This document shows, piece by piece, positions 1-8,558 of a stretch of DNA of 64,000 nt. Position 1 is the first letter of the stretch; each line of letters opens with the position of its first letter. The translations under genes were made by a program, and so were the position numbers. Below the pieces are notes generated by a model that saw nothing but the letters and a program-made list of their open reading frames with translations, was not told where the DNA came from and searched no databases. The DNA is from an uncultured virus (IMG/VR IMGVR_UViG_3300008108_000201) (Duplodnaviria; Heunggongvirae; Uroviricota; Caudoviricetes). The stretch is taken from IMG/VR virus record IMGVR_UViG_3300008108_000201, one strand, 5' to 3'.

Positions 1-1
1 T

Positions 2-1696
2 GACGAAGCCAGGAAATCGGTTACCAGCAACCTACATACACCTGTCGAAACTAATTTACTATCCTCCGATACAATACCTTTTGGTGTAAAGAAAATTCTG
101 ACAAAGCTTAACAAATGGGAACTAAAGCCTACTGAAAAACTATACGTTACTGCTGACGGAGATACTATTGTCAAATTGACTTTAGGTGATGATGTTAAAA
201 TAGGTTTATATCAGGCAGAAGACGAGTATCCTGATATTAAGTTAAATAAGAGAACGTCTAAGTATCTGCTCGATTATCCTAAACTGGATGAAATTCCTTT
301 TGTATCCTTAATAAAGTTGTCCGAAAAAGGAGTCATAGATTTCAGCGTAATACAGAAAGTACTAGATGATGCTGAAGGTAAATCAAACTCTCCTATTGCA
401 GTTAAAGATACAGAGGATGGAAAAATCATAATAGACTCAACCTCGCTTACTGCTTATAAGGTAAAAGGAAATGAAGTAAAGCAAATTCCGTTTACAGACG
501 AAGAAGTACAGGACGTATTTAAAGATGCAATAAGTAGTGATGAATTCAAGAAAACTGCATTACAAGTCTTTAGTAGTGGTGAAAGTAATGAAGACTTACC
601 TAAATCCGCAAACCTTGGGGCTTTAAGTAGTATTATAAACTCCCTACCTTATAATGAAAGGACGATGAATCTTGCAGACAGGTACGGAGGGTCAAGCGAG
701 GTCGTAGCTTTTGAAAACTTCACCGACGGGATACCTGTGATCTACTTCATGAAAAAAACGCCTGAAGACGCACTCGACTATCTTTACGCAACTAGAATGT
801 ATCGCGGGCGAAATAATAATGGACGAAGAAGATTAGAAAGCGAACAATATCCTAAGTATCTCAATTATCTTAGACAGACTAACCAATTGATTGACGATGA
901 CAAATTAAGAGGTATACTCAATTCAAATGTAAGTACTAATGAAAAGAGAGATTTTCTAAATTCAAATCCACCTCTTGATCCTGATAACGTACTAAAACCT
1001 GTTATAGATTCAAATAGAGAAGTTTATTTACTGAATACAGTCAATCGCCGTAATAGCTCTAAAATCTCTCCTAGAACAGGTAATCTAGTAGGTGCTATGC
1101 TATCTCAAGGGAGATATGATCAGCTTTTTAGATTAATAACCCCCGAACAACCTGCCGCTCAAGCAGCACCTCAACAAGCAGTACAGACTCAACCCCAGCA
1201 AGTCGCCCAGCAGCGCGCATACTGGCAACAACCTGCACCGACCGGCGATGTTAATATTCCGCAACTAATGCAAACCCTTAATGCATCAGAGCAGTTTGCA
1301 CGTATCCCTGAGGGTGATAGAAGAAGATTAAATGTAACTAATGGCGCAGAACTAAATAGGAGAACAGACGGTGGTGCGCGTCGTAGAAATCAATTACTGG
1401 GCGCTGCCGGTCAAGTAGAAGCCGCTTACGCAGCCCTAACTAGTAGGATTTATGTAATAAGACTTACAAACGGAACTCGAGTAATTTCAATAAAAGTATA
1501 TCCAGGTAATAGAGAATACTTGTTGATACCGGGACAGAGAGCATACTCGCTTGATGAACCAAATCAACTGCTAGCATTGCTACGTCAAAACAATTTAGCC
1601 GAAGCTAGAAAATATTTTATTAGAAGTTATCTAGATGCTAATCCAGGCAATCTTGAAGAAGTAAAAGAAATCCTACGTCAACATTCAAATAAATAA
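2..1696 (+). CDS. Hypothetical protein, 5'-truncated by the window edge
   Basis: The frame of ORF 176..1696 is open back to base 2, so the true start lies upstream. Gln/Pro-rich linker; no recognisable family. Confidence 0.75.
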   Translation, partial: DEARKSVTSNLHTPVETNLLSSDTIPFGVKKILTKLNKWELKPTEKLYVTADGDTIVKLTLGDDVKIGLYQAEDEYPDIKLNKRTSKYLLDYPKLDEIPFVSLIKLSEKGVIDFSVIQKVLDDAEGKSNSPIAVKDTEDGKIIIDSTSLTAYKVKGNEVKQIPFTDEEVQDVFKDAISSDEFKKTALQVFSSGESNEDLPKSANLGALSSIINSLPYNERTMNLADRYGGSSEVVAFENFTDGIPVIYFMKKTPEDALDYLYATRMYRGRNNNGRRRLESEQYPKYLNYLRQTNQLIDDDKLRGILNSNVSTNEKRDFLNSNPPLDPDNVLKPVIDSNREVYLLNTVNRRNSSKISPRTGNLVGAMLSQGRYDQLFRLITPEQPAAQAAPQQAVQTQPQQVAQQRAYWQQPAPTGDVNIPQLMQTLNASEQFARIPEGDRRRLNVTNGAELNRRTDGGARRRNQLLGAAGQVEAAYAALTSRIYVIRLTNGTRVISIKVYPGNREYLLIPGQRAYSLDEPNQLLALLRQNNLAEARKYFIRSYLDANPGNLEEVKEILRQHSNK

Positions 1697-1697
1697 A

Positions 1698-1943
1698 ATG
1701 AGTAAGCAAGCCATCGTGGAGGTCCTTAAGAGAATAATGAAGAAAGCAATAGTTGAGAATGCACCTGCACCTTCTAAACCAAAAGAGAAACCAGGAACAA
1801 CTACTAAGCCAGGTAAGCCGGGAGAGAAGGAGAAGCCTCGCCGCCCATTAGGTAATCCGAATGTTAAACCTGCCCCGAAGGCTATGAACGAGGAAGAGGT
1901 AGTTGATAAGATTGTTAAACGCTTTAAGACTAAAAAGAAATAA
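1698..1943 (+). CDS. Small Lys/Pro-rich hypothetical protein, possibly internal head protein
   Basis: ATG ORF tightly coupled to its neighbours; APAPSKPKEKPG low-complexity core. Confidence 0.65.
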   Translation: MSKQAIVEVLKRIMKKAIVENAPAPSKPKEKPGTTTKPGKPGEKEKPRRPLGNPNVKPAPKAMNEEEVVDKIVKRFKTKKK

Positions 1944-3082
1944 TGAGCCGTTTACTTGAAATAGAGTACGAAAAGATATTTTCACCGAAGACTATGGCTG
2001 CCCTAAAGGGTAAGTCTGGCGAGTCCTTGCGTCAAATGATAGGCAATAAAAGTTTGATGCAAACAATGTTGCGTTCCAGGGAAGTTTTAGATAAAATTAT
2101 TCAAGCCGAAGACGGATACCGTGATGAATTAGAAATGGTAGCGGCACAAATGGTTACTGATGCATATCCTATCATTGATTACGCAAATATCAAGATTGAT
2201 GCAAAGATAGTCGGTAACGAAAATGTAAATATTCCACCACCGCCACCAGAAGACGATCCTGGATCTCCTGATTTTGGAGAAGATGATCCTGAGAAGTTAA
2301 AAGCCAAGCGCCGTATTATTAATGGTATCACGCAAGGTGCTTCCGTGAGAGGTGCTTTTGGTTTTATGCTTTTCAGAGAGTATTTAGATCAAATAAATCC
2401 TGAATTAGTTGAGGATTATAGCGAAATATTAAAGCTTGTATTTGGTGTTTACGACGATCCAAATGCTATAGCTATGTTTCTATCTATGCTTGCCCAGGGG
2501 CAGAAAATGCAAGGCGGAGAAAGTGATATGGAGTATGACGAAGAAAATAATCAATTCGTTATTAAAGCTAAGGCAATTTGCTTTCCAATGCTTGTACATG
2601 AAATAGTAAAAGGGTTATATGAAATTGTAGGTACAGAAGGATTTGGTGCAGACAAAGCGAAGAATCAAGCCATAGTTGGAGCTGTGGATAAACTTGAACA
2701 TGAACCTGAAGATCTTCAGTACGGTAAGTTTATTTACGATGCTATCTCTAACTTATACAACCAGAGCGATATCGATGATCCACGCGTGCGTGAATTGTTC
2801 TTTACAGCCGTTTACAAATTGCCTGATAGTGAATTTTTCCCTTTCATTGAGAATGTAATCAATGGCGAACTGACCGCAGATCAAAAAAATTGGGCACAAG
2901 GTGAAATGCGTGATATCGCAAAAGATCTCAAAAAGGATGACACTGGTTTAGAGGATCTAGACGAGAACAAAGCCGACCGTTGTCTTCGCATTGCACGCCG
3001 TAAGTACAGTAAGCCATCGGCCTACCGTTCAGGTGCTATTGTAAAATGCCGTCAAGGTAAAATCTGGAAGGGTTTAAAATGA
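1943..3082 (+). CDS. Hypothetical protein with a C-terminal basic Cys-containing mini-domain
   Basis: 379-aa ATG ORF with TAATG overlap; ends KADRCLRIARRKYSKPSAYRSGAIVKCRQGKIWKG. Confidence 0.75.
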   Translation: MSRLLEIEYEKIFSPKTMAALKGKSGESLRQMIGNKSLMQTMLRSREVLDKIIQAEDGYRDELEMVAAQMVTDAYPIIDYANIKIDAKIVGNENVNIPPPPPEDDPGSPDFGEDDPEKLKAKRRIINGITQGASVRGAFGFMLFREYLDQINPELVEDYSEILKLVFGVYDDPNAIAMFLSMLAQGQKMQGGESDMEYDEENNQFVIKAKAICFPMLVHEIVKGLYEIVGTEGFGADKAKNQAIVGAVDKLEHEPEDLQYGKFIYDAISNLYNQSDIDDPRVRELFFTAVYKLPDSEFFPFIENVINGELTADQKNWAQGEMRDIAKDLKKDDTGLEDLDENKADRCLRIARRKYSKPSAYRSGAIVKCRQGKIWKGLK

Positions 3083-3345
3083 TAAAACTAATCGACATAT
3101 TAAATGAGATTAGAGAAGAGAAAGAATCTCTTCATAAATGGTTTTCTAGACAAGGTGGATCAGGTGGATCGAAAGGTTGGGTAGACTGTAATACCTGTCG
3201 TAAAGATCCAAAGACAGGTAGAAAGAAATGTAAAGCGTGCGGTAGACAGAAGGGTGAAACGAGAGCTAAGTACCCATCCTGCCGCCCAACACCCTCTCAA
3301 TGTAGTAGAAAAGGAAAAGGTAAAACGTGGGGTAAGACAAAATGA
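3079..3345 (+). CDS. Small basic Cys-rich protein with MIKL-type leader
   Basis: N-terminus MIKLIDILNE; CxxC pairs (CNTC, CKAC); very basic. Confidence 0.7.
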   Translation: MIKLIDILNEIREEKESLHKWFSRQGGSGGSKGWVDCNTCRKDPKTGRKKCKACGRQKGETRAKYPSCRPTPSQCSRKGKGKTWGKTK

Positions 3346-3530
3346 TTAAGTTAATAGACGTATTAAACGAAGTTAAAGAAGGAATCCACGACCCGGTTAA
3401 ACCAGGTATCCTAAAGAAAAGACTCGGAACTCTGTCTTGTTCTAGAGTAAGATCGGCTAAATCCAAACTAAAAGATAAAGGGACTCACTATGCAAAAGCA
3501 CTTCAACGTTATTTAAACTACCACTGTTAA
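3342..3530 (+). CDS. Small basic protein with MIKL-type leader
   Basis: N-terminus MIKLIDVLNE; ATGA overlap with the upstream gene. Confidence 0.65.
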   Translation: MIKLIDVLNEVKEGIHDPVKPGILKKRLGTLSCSRVRSAKSKLKDKGTHYAKALQRYLNYHC

Positions 3531-3555
3531 CTATTTATATACGTAAGGAAACACT

Positions 3556-3930
3556 ATGTGGCAAGCTAACGTAACAATCATTAATAATACAGACTACAGT
3601 CTAACCATCGATGGTGTAGGTCCTGGAAATATATCTATCGGCGCCAATCAACAGACTAGCTGGAGTTCAGAAGAAGTGCATAATACTAAATCTCTCCTAT
3701 TCTGGAAAATTCAAGGAGAGTTTTATATGCAAGGCAATTTGTCTTTTGGACCTGAAGCAGGAGTATATGTAGATAGAGGATGGCAAGCAGAAGACGATCA
3801 AACGATACAAATGATTGCAGTTGCAAACGGTAAATCTTGGACACAAACTCAAAACGGCGGTGAAACCCTTCTTGCTTGGAATGAATTCGAGCAGGGCGGT
3901 GATATCACTTTAACTTTTAACGAAGGATGA
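3556..3930 (+). CDS. Hypothetical beta-rich protein
   Basis: 124-aa ATG ORF preceded by a TATTTATA motif (3532-3539); Trp/Gly/Asn-rich. Confidence 0.65.
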   Translation: MWQANVTIINNTDYSLTIDGVGPGNISIGANQQTSWSSEEVHNTKSLLFWKIQGEFYMQGNLSFGPEAGVYVDRGWQAEDDQTIQMIAVANGKSWTQTQNGGETLLAWNEFEQGGDITLTFNEG

Positions 3931-4169
3931 AAAAACAAACATTAAACGAAATTCGCCGGATGCAAAAGATTGCCGGTCTTTTAAGAGAAGATCTAGATGC
4001 ACCTAAAAGTGACTCTTACGAAGATACAATCGCTCAGTTAGATGATATGTATCCTGATCCATCACAATATCAAGACTTTGTAAATGCATTCAAGAAAGAG
4101 CTTATGCATCTTCCAGAACCAGTAAAAAAGGAGTGGATTGCTAAGTTTAAAGCAAATTTTGGCAGCTAA
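3927..4169 (+). CDS. Hypothetical protein with QKIAG-type leader, putative internal head protein
   Basis: N-terminus MKKQTLNEIRRMQKIAGLLRE. Confidence 0.7.
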   Translation: MKKQTLNEIRRMQKIAGLLREDLDAPKSDSYEDTIAQLDDMYPDPSQYQDFVNAFKKELMHLPEPVKKEWIAKFKANFGS

Positions 4170-4183
4170 TAAACTAAACTAGA

Positions 4184-4876
4184 ATGATAAAGCTAAAACA
4201 CTTACTGCCGGAATGCAATGAATGTGGACGTGATTGGAATCACGGACATGATCATGAAGCCGGTATGGCTAAGAACGAGTTAAGAGATATGATCTCAAAT
4301 GCATCTAAGATCGATCACATGATCGGTGAAGGAGATAACTTACCTGGATGGGTATCGGCATACATTTCACTAGCTGCTGATTATATGCATTCAGTATCTG
4401 AGTATCTAGCAGGCGAATCTAGCCGGATGCAAGAACCAGGTCCGGGATACGGTATAGATGAGGATATGTCACCTGACGTAAAAGAAGGTAAAATAAGCCC
4501 TGTAAAAAAAGTTATAAATAGTGTTCTTAGAAAGAACGGACTAGCTGCGGTACAAATGGCTGCGTCTGGTATTAGAGGTATTTCTGAACCTAAAAGACCC
4601 GGTGTAAAAGCTTACAAGTATGAATTTCCGGGTTTAATTTCATTTTTTAGCGTTAAAAAAGATGAATTAGAATCACTAGCTACACAAATGGGGGAAGCAG
4701 GAGTGAATATAATCGGTGTAGGAGATAGAACGATAAATTTTGACCCTAATAATTTAAAACCTACTACACAGCAACCAGTTCCGGGACCTGGATTAGAAGA
4801 AAAGAAAGCACAGAGTAGAGCCCAACAAGCAGCTATTGCGATTTCATTGCAAAAAGCAGGTAAGAAGCCTAAATAA
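4184..4876 (+). CDS. Hypothetical protein with MIKL-type leader
   Basis: N-terminus MIKLKHLLPE; DHEAGMAK...LPGWV segment. Confidence 0.7.
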   Translation: MIKLKHLLPECNECGRDWNHGHDHEAGMAKNELRDMISNASKIDHMIGEGDNLPGWVSAYISLAADYMHSVSEYLAGESSRMQEPGPGYGIDEDMSPDVKEGKISPVKKVINSVLRKNGLAAVQMAASGIRGISEPKRPGVKAYKYEFPGLISFFSVKKDELESLATQMGEAGVNIIGVGDRTINFDPNNLKPTTQQPVPGPGLEEKKAQSRAQQAAIAISLQKAGKKPK

Positions 4877-5097
4877 TGATAAAGCTTTCCTCCATATTAT
4901 ATGAAGATGTTTCGAAAAGAACAATCATGAAGGATGCAATTGAAACTGCAGATTTTTTTGCACGTCGTGCTTTCACAAAAGACGAGGCAATAGATCTTGC
5001 AGCCGTTGCTATGAAGAAGTTACATAATTATAATTTAACACCTGAAGATAGGGAAGCGATAAAACACTGGATTTATAACCATCCAGCATTTAAGTAA
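4876..5097 (+). CDS. Hypothetical protein with MIKL-type leader
   Basis: N-terminus MIKLSSILYE; TAATG coupling. Confidence 0.65.
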   Translation: MIKLSSILYEDVSKRTIMKDAIETADFFARRAFTKDEAIDLAAVAMKKLHNYNLTPEDREAIKHWIYNHPAFK

Positions 5098-5100
5098 ATT

Positions 5101-5700
5101 ATGAACCTCGATAAACTAAAAGGACACGTACCGGACAATGTAATAGCACAAATTCCTCAAGTAGGAGAAAAATTTGCTATTAATACCCCTCTCCGTCTAG
5201 CGCATTTTCTTTCCCAGTGCGGACACGAGAGCGGTAACTTTAGAGTAGTAAATGAGAATTTAAATTACGGTGCAAAAGGTCTTTTAGGTCTTTTTAAAAA
5301 ATATTTTCCTGACGAAGCTAAAGCAAAATTATACGAGCGTAAACCAGAAAAAATCGCTAACTTAATTTACGGAGGTAGAATGGGTAACGGACCTGAAGCA
5401 TCAGGGGATGGATGGAAGCACAGAGGAAGAGGTTATATTCAATTAACAGGAAAAGATAACTATACAGCATTCGGTAAAGCAATCGGTGTTGATATTTTAG
5501 CAAATCCAGATCTTGTAGCTACTAAATATCCATTACTATCTGCAGCCTGGTATTGGAATAGCCGTAAGCTAAATGCTGTAGCCGATCAAGGTGCAACTGA
5601 TGCAGTAGTTACTAAAGCAACCAAACTTGTTAACGGAGGTACCATTGGCCTTGCCGATCGTATAAAACATTTTAAAGAGTTTCATCATTTACTATCTTAA
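5101..5700 (+). CDS. Glycoside hydrolase family 19 (chitinase-like) endolysin
   Basis: Motifs RLAHFLSQCGHES, ENLNY, GDGWKHRGRGYIQLTGKDNY, SAAWYW, VNGG are typical of phage GH19 lysins. Confidence 0.9.
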   Translation: MNLDKLKGHVPDNVIAQIPQVGEKFAINTPLRLAHFLSQCGHESGNFRVVNENLNYGAKGLLGLFKKYFPDEAKAKLYERKPEKIANLIYGGRMGNGPEASGDGWKHRGRGYIQLTGKDNYTAFGKAIGVDILANPDLVATKYPLLSAAWYWNSRKLNAVADQGATDAVVTKATKLVNGGTIGLADRIKHFKEFHHLLS

Positions 5701-5708
5701 AAAAAACA

Positions 5709-6089
5709 ATGAAAAAGAATCTAATCAACGAAGTACGTCAACTGCAAAAGATTGCAGGTATTTTAAAAGAAGATGTAGATGTTACTTCTATCTACGACGA
5801 TGCAATTAACTACGCCTACCAGATGACACCGGAGCTTATGTACGAAGACGGAGAATTAGGAGATGACGTAGAAAGCATACTTCAAGCAGAAGATGAATTT
5901 AAGGCTCTTTTGCAGGCAAAGCAAGTTAATCCTAAGAGTAATTTAGCTTATCGTAGATACTGGGAAAATGCACTTGGACACGCTAAAGGACATGGAGATA
6001 TTGACGTAGAAGACTTTAAAGAATGGTTTAAAGATACTGCTGTCGAGACTCAAGCTTACCATGATATTTTTGATTCAATAATAGCTTGA
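5709..6089 (+). CDS. Acidic hypothetical protein with QKIAG-type leader
   Basis: N-terminus MKKNLINEVRQLQKIAGILKE. Confidence 0.7.
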   Translation: MKKNLINEVRQLQKIAGILKEDVDVTSIYDDAINYAYQMTPELMYEDGELGDDVESILQAEDEFKALLQAKQVNPKSNLAYRRYWENALGHAKGHGDIDVEDFKEWFKDTAVETQAYHDIFDSIIA

Positions 6090-6114
6090 ATTTAAATAAA
6101 GATTGTATTTGAAT

Positions 6115-6585
6115 ATGACAAACAGAGAAATTATAAGAAGGTTAATACTAAATGAAGTAGAAAGGATGGAACCAAAAGTCCAATCTTTTGAGGACGATCC
6201 TATCAACTTTATTCTACAAAAGTATCCTACCCTCCGTAAGACTTTGGAGATGTTAATGTCTCCTGCTTTCAAGGACTACATTACAGGTATTTACATTATT
6301 GCACCTAAGCCTACTACTTTTAGAATCGTTTTGCATAACGGACAAAGCTTTATGCTTACTTTCTTAGGTAAGGCTTACGAGGCTACAGTAGGGGGAAAGA
6401 AGTTTTACCTGCAGACAATTGGTGAAAGAGAAAGAGCTACCAATGCTATTGCACGTCTATTAGCTGTTGGTAATCCTATTGAGACAAAGGGTCCCGAAGG
6501 AGAAGAGCAAGTAGCTGGTGAGCCAGAAGAAGGTGTAGAAGAAACACCACCAGAGGAGGCAGAAGCAGAAGAAACAGAAGCCTAA
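6115..6585 (+). CDS. Hypothetical protein with acidic C-terminal tail
   Basis: ORF track 6103..6585; first ATG is at 6115; Glu-rich tail. Confidence 0.7.
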   Translation: MTNREIIRRLILNEVERMEPKVQSFEDDPINFILQKYPTLRKTLEMLMSPAFKDYITGIYIIAPKPTTFRIVLHNGQSFMLTFLGKAYEATVGGKKFYLQTIGERERATNAIARLLAVGNPIETKGPEGEEQVAGEPEEGVEETPPEEAEAEETEA

Positions 6586-6591
6586 TATAAA

Positions 6592-6617
6592 GCCCGGTTA
6601 AAAAAACCGGGTTTTTT
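6592..6617 (+). terminator. Rho-independent terminator
   Basis: GCCCGGTT-AAAAA-AACCGGGT hairpin followed by a T tract, right after the stop at 6585. Confidence 0.8.
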
Positions 6618-6663
6618 GTTGGTAGTTTAAAAGCTTTTCAGTAATATATTAGAAATCGTATTT

Positions 6664-6912
6664 ATGAGAACACGAACTATAGTAAAGACACTTAATACCG
6701 TTTGCGGAAAAACTATTACTTTTTTACAGACCGAAGGACAGCCTAATAGAATGCATTCGGTAGATGGACCTGCTCTAATCTATGCAGATGCAGATAGCAA
6801 AGCACCCGAATACTACCTCTACGGGATTAAATACTCAAAAGCCGAATGGAAAGAACGGCTTTCACAGCGAAAACCCCTGGTTTCCCTTGAGATTCCTATT
6901 GATTTTCAATAG
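6664..6912 (+). CDS. Small protein with an H-x-x-DGPA motif
   Basis: RMHSVDGPALIY...EYYLYG resembles the (L)HRxDGPA repeat seen in many phage and giant-virus hypothetical proteins. Confidence 0.6.
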   Translation: MRTRTIVKTLNTVCGKTITFLQTEGQPNRMHSVDGPALIYADADSKAPEYYLYGIKYSKAEWKERLSQRKPLVSLEIPIDFQ

Positions 6913-6953
6913 CAAACTATTTATTAAGGTAAAAAGGTTGTAAAAATGTACAA

Positions 6954-8543
6954 ATGAGTCAACGCGCAGCTATAAGCGATGCTATAAGGCAAGAACTTAT
7001 AAGGTGTAAACAGGATCCAGTATACTTCATGAAGAAGTATTATACGATCCAGCACCCAACTAAGGGGAGAATGACCTTCAACCTCTATCCCTTCCAAGAG
7101 AAAGTACTTAAACTCTTACAAAGACATGATTATTCTATAATAAACAAGTCAAGGCAGTTAGGTATCTCTACTCTAACCTCTGCGTTTGCATTGTGGATGA
7201 TGCTGTTTGAGCAAGATAAGAACGTTCTTGTTCTAGCTACTACTCAAGCTACTGCAAAAAACATGGTAACGAAGGTAAGATTTGCTTATGATAATTTACC
7301 TCAGTGGATGCAAATGCCAGTCCTGGAACATAACCGTTTAAGTCTACGTTTAAAAAACGGATCACAAATTAAAGCTGTATCAGCTGCTACCGATAGTGCA
7401 CGTTCAGAAGCAGTATCCTTACTTGTAATTGACGAGGCCGCCTTTATTGATAGGATCGAAGATATTTTTACAGCCGCCCAACAAACACTTGCTACCGGCG
7501 GTAGATGTATTGCCTTATCTACACCAAACGGTGTCGGTAACTGGTTTCATAAGGAGTTTACACGTGCCCAACTTGGTGAAAATAAATTTACACCCATTAG
7601 TCTTCCATGGACAGTTCACCCTGAGAGAAATCAAGCATGGCGTGATGAACAAACAGCTCAACTAGGGCCTCGTAATGCTGCTCAAGAATGTGATTGCGAC
7701 TTTTCTACATCAGGAGACACTGTGATCGAACCAGGGATTTTAAATTTTTACCAGGAAACAACTGTACAAGAGCCTGTAGAGAGGAGCGGACCTAACCATG
7801 CTTATTGGGTTTGGAATTATCCTGACCCAATGAAGACGTATATGATTGTCGCTGACGTAGCAAGAGGTGACGGTAAAGACTTTTCTACCTTCCACGTCAT
7901 AGATACATTGACGGTTGATCAGGTAGCTGAGTATAAAGACCAAATTCCTACCAAGGACTTTGCACGCATGCTCGTATCTAAGGCTATCGAGTGGAATAAT
8001 GCAATGCTCATTGTAGAGAATGCAAGTATTGGATGGGATGTCGTTACTACAATTCAAGAGATGGGTTATCCTAATCTCTATTATGCACCTAAGTCTGAAA
8101 TTGTAGGTACACAAATTGATCTATACGTTACAAAGTTTGATAGAGGCGATGGAATGGTACCTGGATTCAGTATGAATCAGAGAACAAGACCTCTCGTTAT
8201 CGAAAAAGCAAGGTCATTTATGGAGGAAAAGAGTGCTTTAATTCGTTCACAAAGACTTCTTGACGAGTGGCGAGTGTTTATTTGGAAGCATGGTAAGCCT
8301 CAAGCCTTGCAAGGGTATAATGACGACTTAGTTATGCCGTATAGCATTGGACTTTTCTTACGAGATACAGCACTCCGTTTCCGTCAAACAGCTATGGATT
8401 TGACTTACGCTAGCCTCAACGGATACACTAAAACTGAACAAAACTTCCAAGTTTACACCCCCAATAACGGTTCAAATCAACAAAATCCCTGGCAAATGCC
8501 AGTAAACGGACAGCAGGACGATATAACTTGGCTGCTGGGATAA
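6954..8543 (+). CDS. terL: Terminase large subunit (T4 gp17-like)
   Basis: Q motif LYPFQ, Walker A KSRQLGIST, Walker B LLVIDEAAF, STPNG, and nuclease acidic motifs ADVARGDGKDFS and NDDLVM. Confidence 0.95.
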   Translation: MSQRAAISDAIRQELIRCKQDPVYFMKKYYTIQHPTKGRMTFNLYPFQEKVLKLLQRHDYSIINKSRQLGISTLTSAFALWMMLFEQDKNVLVLATTQATAKNMVTKVRFAYDNLPQWMQMPVLEHNRLSLRLKNGSQIKAVSAATDSARSEAVSLLVIDEAAFIDRIEDIFTAAQQTLATGGRCIALSTPNGVGNWFHKEFTRAQLGENKFTPISLPWTVHPERNQAWRDEQTAQLGPRNAAQECDCDFSTSGDTVIEPGILNFYQETTVQEPVERSGPNHAYWVWNYPDPMKTYMIVADVARGDGKDFSTFHVIDTLTVDQVAEYKDQIPTKDFARMLVSKAIEWNNAMLIVENASIGWDVVTTIQEMGYPNLYYAPKSEIVGTQIDLYVTKFDRGDGMVPGFSMNQRTRPLVIEKARSFMEEKSALIRSQRLLDEWRVFIWKHGKPQALQGYNDDLVMPYSIGLFLRDTALRFRQTAMDLTYASLNGYTKTEQNFQVYTPNNGSNQQNPWQMPVNGQQDDITWLLG

Positions 8544-8558
8544 AGATATTTATTAGAT

